A DNA stretch of 16,391 nucleotides from an uncultured Gammaproteobacteria bacterium (GTDB taxonomy: Bacteria > Patescibacteriota > Patescibacteriia > UBA2591 > UBA6264): assembly GCA_964617525.1 (NCBI GenBank), contig CAZTWG010000003.1, positions 1-16,391 of the forward strand, in the 5' to 3' direction. The translations under genes and the position numbers were made by a program. Below, piece by piece: positions 12,278-16,391 of the stretch (within the stretch, counting starts at the first letter, position 1; each line of letters starts with the position of its first letter). Below the pieces are notes generated by a model that saw only the letters and a list, made by a program, of their open reading frames with translations, had not been told where the DNA came from and did not search any database.

Positions 12278-15200
12278 ATGGCTAATCCATCCACAATCTC
12301 AACATTGGTGTTGTCTAACGACAGACAAAAGAAATCTCATGATTTTGATGAGATTCGTATGAGTTTGGCTTCTGCCGAACAAATTAGATCTTGGTCTCAT
12401 GGTGAGGTTACCAAGCCAGAGACTATTAATTATCGTAGTCGTAAGCCGGAACGAGATGGTTTATTTTGCCAAAAAATCTTTGGTCCTATCAAAGACTGGC
12501 AATGTGCTTGCGGTAAATATAAAAAATTACGATATAAGGGGATTGTTTGTGACCGTTGTGGAGTAGAGGTAACTCGTAGTCTGGTTAGGCGAGAAAGGTT
12601 TGGGCACATTGATTTAGCTGCTCCAGTAACTCATATTTGGTTTTTACGTAGTTTACCCTCTAAAATAGGTTTAATTTTACAAATATCTATTCAATCTTTA
12701 GAGAAAGTAATTTATTTCGCTAATTTTATAATTACTGAAGTCCATGAAGATTTAAAAAAAGAACTTCTCGAAAGCTTAGAGGAAGAATACAAAACAAAAA
12801 GAAAAGAGCTGATGAGTGATAAGACAAAAGATGATGATATATTAGCTTTGTCGGCTAAATATAAAGAAACAAAAAAAGAAATAGTTAGTTTAGAAGAAAA
12901 AAGGTTATTAACAGAATTTGAATATAGAGAATTTTCTTTAAAATATGGCCATATTTTTAGCGCTGACATTGGAGCTGAAGCGATTCTTAAGCTATTAACT
13001 CAAGCTGATTTGCCAAAAATGGCCAAAGATTTAGAAAAAAAGAAGAATACTATTATTGATTTAGCAAAAAGGAAAAAAATAATTCAAAGAATAAAATATA
13101 TTCGTAGTTTTATTTCTAATAAAATAAAGCCAGAAGATATGGTGCTAAAGGTAATCCCGGTTGTTCCACCAGAATTAAGGCCTTTAGTCCCTCTTGATGG
13201 TGGAAGATTTGCTTCTTCAGATTTAAATGATTTATATCGTAGGGTTATCAATCGTAATAATCGCTTGAAACGACTTTATAATTTAAAGGCCCCAGAAGTT
13301 ATTCTGCGTAATGAAAAAAGAATGCTTCAAGAAGCGGTTGATGCTTTGTTTGACAACAATATGCGGTCTGGGAAAACAGTTCTTTCTTCTACGGGAAAAC
13401 GTAGGTCTTTAAAATCATTGGCCGATATTCTCAAAGGAAAACAAGGTCGTTTCCGTCAAAATTTATTAGGGAAAAGAGTAGATTACTCTGGTAGATCTGT
13501 AATTGTGGTTGGACCAAAACTAAAACTTGACCAATGTGGAATCCCTAAAATAATGGCCATTGAATTGTTTAAGCCTTTTATCGCCTCTAAATTAATTAAA
13601 AGGGGATTAGTACATAACGTGCGTAGCGCTAACCGAGTTATTGAACAGAAAACAGAAGATGTCTGGGCAATATTAGAAGAAGTTATTGAAAAATCCTATG
13701 TTTTGTTAAACCGTGCTCCAACATTGCATCGTTTAGGAATTCAAGGGTTTAGACCAGTTTTAGTAGAGGGCAAAGCTATTCAGCTTCATCCTTTGGTTTG
13801 TAGCGCTTTTAACGCTGATTTCGACGGAGACACAATGTCGGTCCATGTCCCTATCACTGATATGGCTAAAAAAGAGGTAGAAGACATTGTTTTATCTACT
13901 AACAATTTACTAAAACCTGCTACTGGCAGTTCAGTAGTTACTCCTACCAAAGATATAGTATGGGGAGTATACTATATGACCTTTTTGACAAAAAGCAAAA
14001 GAGAAAAGATGCCTATCTTTTCTTCGGAGAAAGAAGCTAGGTTAGCTTATGAATTGGGTAATATTAATTTGCGCGAAGAAATAAAAGTTAGGATTAATAA
14101 TGAAATAAAAAAGGTTAGTGTTGGAAGAATAATTTTTAATTCTATTATCCCTACAGGTTTTTATAATATGGATAAAGCGATAGATAAGAATGAGTTAGGA
14201 ATAATTGTAACCAAAGCCATAGATCAGGGTGTTAAAGAGGATGTAGTAAAAATGTTAGATAAAATTAAAGAATATGGATTTAGTTATTTGACAAATTCTG
14301 GGCTTTCTTTTGGCATGAATGATTTACCTAATATTAAGTCTAAAAAGGCAATTTTTGATGAAACAGAAAAACAGATAAGAGAGATAAACTCTCAGTACGA
14401 AATGGGTCTTTTGGCTGATGATGAGCGCTACTTGAAGACAGTAGAAGCCTGGATTGACGCTAAAGATAAAGTTACAGAGTCAGTAAAAAAGGATAAACCT
14501 ATTTTTAGTTCAGTCTTTTCTATGGTTGAATCAGGGGCGCGTGGCTCATGGTCTCAGTTTGTGCAGATGGTTGGCACAAGAGGTATTGTTCGTTCTCCAA
14601 GTGGAAAATTAATTGAATTACCTATTAAATCTTCTCTAAAGGAGGGATATAATACATTAGAATATTTTATTTCTTCTCATGGTTCTCGTAAAGGTTCTTC
14701 AGATACAGCATTGCGAACAGCTAAAGCTGGGTACTTAACTCGCCGTATGGTAGATATTTGTCAAGATTTATTGGTAACAGAAGAAGATTGTGGACAATCT
14801 AAGGGATTGCTTTTGACTCGAAAGGATAATGAAGAAATGGTGGAAACGTGGAAAAATCGTTTGTTTGGGAGAACTTCAGCTCAGACCCTAAGAGACCCTA
14901 AAACAAAAAAGGTTATTATTAAACCTGATGAAATCATAACGAGAGAAAAGGCTAAGCTTATTGATAAAATTAATCCTTCTGAATTTTCAATCCATTCAGT
15001 TTTAACCTGCAAAAGCATTAGAGGCACTTGTGCTAAGTGTTATGGATATGACTTGGCTTACAACAAACTAGTTAAGGTTGGGACTCCAGTAGGTATTATT
15101 GCTGCTCAAAGTATTGGTGAGCCAGGTACACAGTTGACGCTTCGTACTTTCCATACTGGTGGTGTTGCCGAAACCGACATTACTCAAGGTTTACCTAGGG

Positions 15201-16060
15201 TAGAAGAGCTTTTTGAGGTTCGTTCTGGCAAGGGTCAGGCATTTATAGCTCCGGCAGATGGCAAGGCTATAGTTATTGATAATGATGAAGAGAAAAAAAT
15301 TATCATCAAATGTCAAGTTGATAAAAGAGAAATTCATCGTGCGAATAAAGAGAAAGGCTGGGACATCCAAGTCAAAGATGGACAAGAAGTAAAGAGTAAA
15401 GAAGTTTTAGCCATTCAAGACAAAAAGAAAGTGTTAGCTAAAAATGATGGGCAAGTTAGAATAGACGATCAAAAAAATATTATTGTTATTCATAAAGTTG
15501 ATGAAGAGGTAGAATTTGATGCTACTAATCGTAATATTTGGGTAGAAAACAATGCTAAAGTTAAGGCTGGAGAACAGCTTACAGATGGCAGCTTGGATTT
15601 ACATGAGCTTTATCGATTCCGTGGCAAGAGAGAGGTAGAAAAATATATTTTACGAGAGGTTCAACATATTTATTCTTCTCAAGGCCAACATTTGAATGAT
15701 AAGCATATAGAAATGATTATTCGCCAAATGTTCTCTCGTTGTTTAGTTCAAGACGGCGGAGACACAAATCTTTTGTCTGGAGAAACGGTTCCGAAGAGTT
15801 ATTTATTAGAGGCTAATAAAAATTTGAAAGATTCCTCTAAGAAAAAAGCTATAGCAAACGAATTGTTGTTGGGCATTACCAAAGTTTCTCTTTCTACAGA
15901 CAGTTGGCTTTCAGCGGCATCTTTCCAAGAGACCTCTAGAGTTTTGGTTAATGCAGCCATTAATGGTCGTTCTGACTATCTACGAGGGCTAAAAGAGAAT
16001 GTTATTGTTGGACGTCTTATTCCCGCAGGCACTGGATTAAGAAAGAAAAAAATGTTATAA
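12278..16060 (+). CDS. rpoC: DNA-directed RNA polymerase subunit beta' (1260 aa)
   Basis: Conserved blocks are present: zinc motif CACGKYKKLRYKGIVCDRCGVEV, VIPVVPPELRPLVPLDGGRFASSDLNDLYRRVINRNNRLKRL, NRAPTLHRLGIQGF, catalytic NADFDGDTMSVHVP, trigger-loop RTFHTGGVA..DITQGLPRVEELFE and C-terminal GRLIPAGTG. It starts 14 nt after rpoB. Confidence 0.98.
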   Translation: MANPSTISTLVLSNDRQKKSHDFDEIRMSLASAEQIRSWSHGEVTKPETINYRSRKPERDGLFCQKIFGPIKDWQCACGKYKKLRYKGIVCDRCGVEVTRSLVRRERFGHIDLAAPVTHIWFLRSLPSKIGLILQISIQSLEKVIYFANFIITEVHEDLKKELLESLEEEYKTKRKELMSDKTKDDDILALSAKYKETKKEIVSLEEKRLLTEFEYREFSLKYGHIFSADIGAEAILKLLTQADLPKMAKDLEKKKNTIIDLAKRKKIIQRIKYIRSFISNKIKPEDMVLKVIPVVPPELRPLVPLDGGRFASSDLNDLYRRVINRNNRLKRLYNLKAPEVILRNEKRMLQEAVDALFDNNMRSGKTVLSSTGKRRSLKSLADILKGKQGRFRQNLLGKRVDYSGRSVIVVGPKLKLDQCGIPKIMAIELFKPFIASKLIKRGLVHNVRSANRVIEQKTEDVWAILEEVIEKSYVLLNRAPTLHRLGIQGFRPVLVEGKAIQLHPLVCSAFNADFDGDTMSVHVPITDMAKKEVEDIVLSTNNLLKPATGSSVVTPTKDIVWGVYYMTFLTKSKREKMPIFSSEKEARLAYELGNINLREEIKVRINNEIKKVSVGRIIFNSIIPTGFYNMDKAIDKNELGIIVTKAIDQGVKEDVVKMLDKIKEYGFSYLTNSGLSFGMNDLPNIKSKKAIFDETEKQIREINSQYEMGLLADDERYLKTVEAWIDAKDKVTESVKKDKPIFSSVFSMVESGARGSWSQFVQMVGTRGIVRSPSGKLIELPIKSSLKEGYNTLEYFISSHGSRKGSSDTALRTAKAGYLTRRMVDICQDLLVTEEDCGQSKGLLLTRKDNEEMVETWKNRLFGRTSAQTLRDPKTKKVIIKPDEIITREKAKLIDKINPSEFSIHSVLTCKSIRGTCAKCYGYDLAYNKLVKVGTPVGIIAAQSIGEPGTQLTLRTFHTGGVAETDITQGLPRVEELFEVRSGKGQAFIAPADGKAIVIDNDEEKKIIIKCQVDKREIHRANKEKGWDIQVKDGQEVKSKEVLAIQDKKKVLAKNDGQVRIDDQKNIIVIHKVDEEVEFDATNRNIWVENNAKVKAGEQLTDGSLDLHELYRFRGKREVEKYILREVQHIYSSQGQHLNDKHIEMIIRQMFSRCLVQDGGDTNLLSGETVPKSYLLEANKNLKDSSKKKAIANELLLGITKVSLSTDSWLSAASFQETSRVLVNAAINGRSDYLRGLKENVIVGRLIPAGTGLRKKKML

Positions 16061-16262
16061 TAATAAGATACAAGATACAAACAAATTCTAAATCCTAACA
16101 CTCAATATTCAACAACTAAACAAATTAATTGCTAATTGTTCGCAAATTTTTTAACAATTAACAATGGATAATTCTTGTCTTTGTTGCTTTAGTATTAGAC
16201 ATTATTTGACGCAATCGTTGTTTTAGGTTCTTGAATCCACTTTCTTATAACATTAATTTATT

Positions 16263-16391
16263 ATGTCTCGCTCCAAAAGGAAAAAAAAATCAATCAAAAC
16301 TAAAAAAAATAAATCTAAATCTCAAAATTTGATTATCGCTATTACTTTAGTTACTTTAGCGATTGTTTTATTTTTGGGGCTATTAGGTTCA
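16263..16391 (+). CDS. 5' fragment (3'-truncated by the window edge) of a membrane-anchored protein
   Basis: ATG 16263 is followed by 42 more open codons to the window edge: MSRSKRKKKSIKTKKNKSKSQNLIIAITLVTLAIVLFLGLLGS. This is a Lys-rich cytoplasmic N-terminus followed by a hydrophobic helix (signal-anchor architecture). It is absent from the ORF track. Identity cannot be determined from 43 residues. Confidence 0.45.
   Translation, partial: MSRSKRKKKSIKTKKNKSKSQNLIIAITLVTLAIVLFLGLLGS

Noticed and set aside
12712-12969. 85-aa minus-strand ORF
   Set aside because: It is antisense within rpoC (the Lys/Glu-rich region reads as Ser/Phe/Leu on the opposite strand), so it is a shadow ORF.
15191-15385. 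64-aa minus-strand ORF
   Set aside because: It is antisense within rpoC, so it is a shadow ORF.
16066-16079. Tandem duplication AGATACA-AGATACA just after rpoC
   Set aside because: There are only two copies of a 7-mer and no further repeats or flanking structure, so it is trivial.
16133-16160. Inverted repeat TAATTGTT / AACAATTA with a 12-nt loop, considered as the rpoC terminator
   Set aside because: The stem is nearly all A:T (a single G:C pair), the loop is long and no T-run follows the stem, so it is unlikely to terminate transcription.
16164-16226. 20-codon mini-ORF MDNSCLCCFSIRHYLTQSLF in the spacer after rpoC
   Set aside because: It is too short to distinguish from chance and has no start context or supporting neighbour.
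1-16391. Alternative genetic code (UGA recoding, as in some candidate phyla)
   Set aside because: TGA serves as the stop of two genes (226-228 and 1789-1791), and all conserved proteins read full length under the standard code.

Overview
AT-rich, tightly packed, entirely plus-strand window read with the standard code (TGA is a stop at 226-228 and 1789-1791). The gene order, shortened housekeeping proteins, near-absence of Shine-Dalgarno sequences and a CxxC-x17-CxxC zinc-ribbon fusion suggest a reduced-genome bacterium of the Patescibacteria/CPR type; this placement is inference only. In order: the 3' end of an MraY/WecA-family glycosyltransferase; a consensus promoter driving a probably leaderless, soluble TraD/VirD4-like P-loop ATPase with a C-terminal zinc ribbon; a minimal alaS; an intrinsic terminator; scpA, scpB and an unrecognised 236-aa ORF; a compact cassette (5841-8872) made of an untracked 53-codon ORF, an asparagine-synthetase/lasso-cyclase-like protein without the glutaminase Cys, and a MurE-type ligase lacking the N-terminal domain; a 220-nt leader with DnaA-box-like repeats, a consensus promoter and a hairpin; rpoB and rpoC; and the 5' end of a membrane-anchored protein. 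I saw no rRNA, tRNA, CRISPR array or mobile element. The best candidate for an undescribed system is the 5841-8872 cassette, which could be a RiPP-like peptide-modification module or an unusual peptidoglycan-amidation module. Secondary signals are intergenic words recurring far above composition expectation (TGGATAA/DnaA-box-like and TTTAGTGT), the orphan zinc-ribbon coupling-protein-like ATPase and the minimal AlaRS. All homology calls come from motif recognition by eye; no searches were run.
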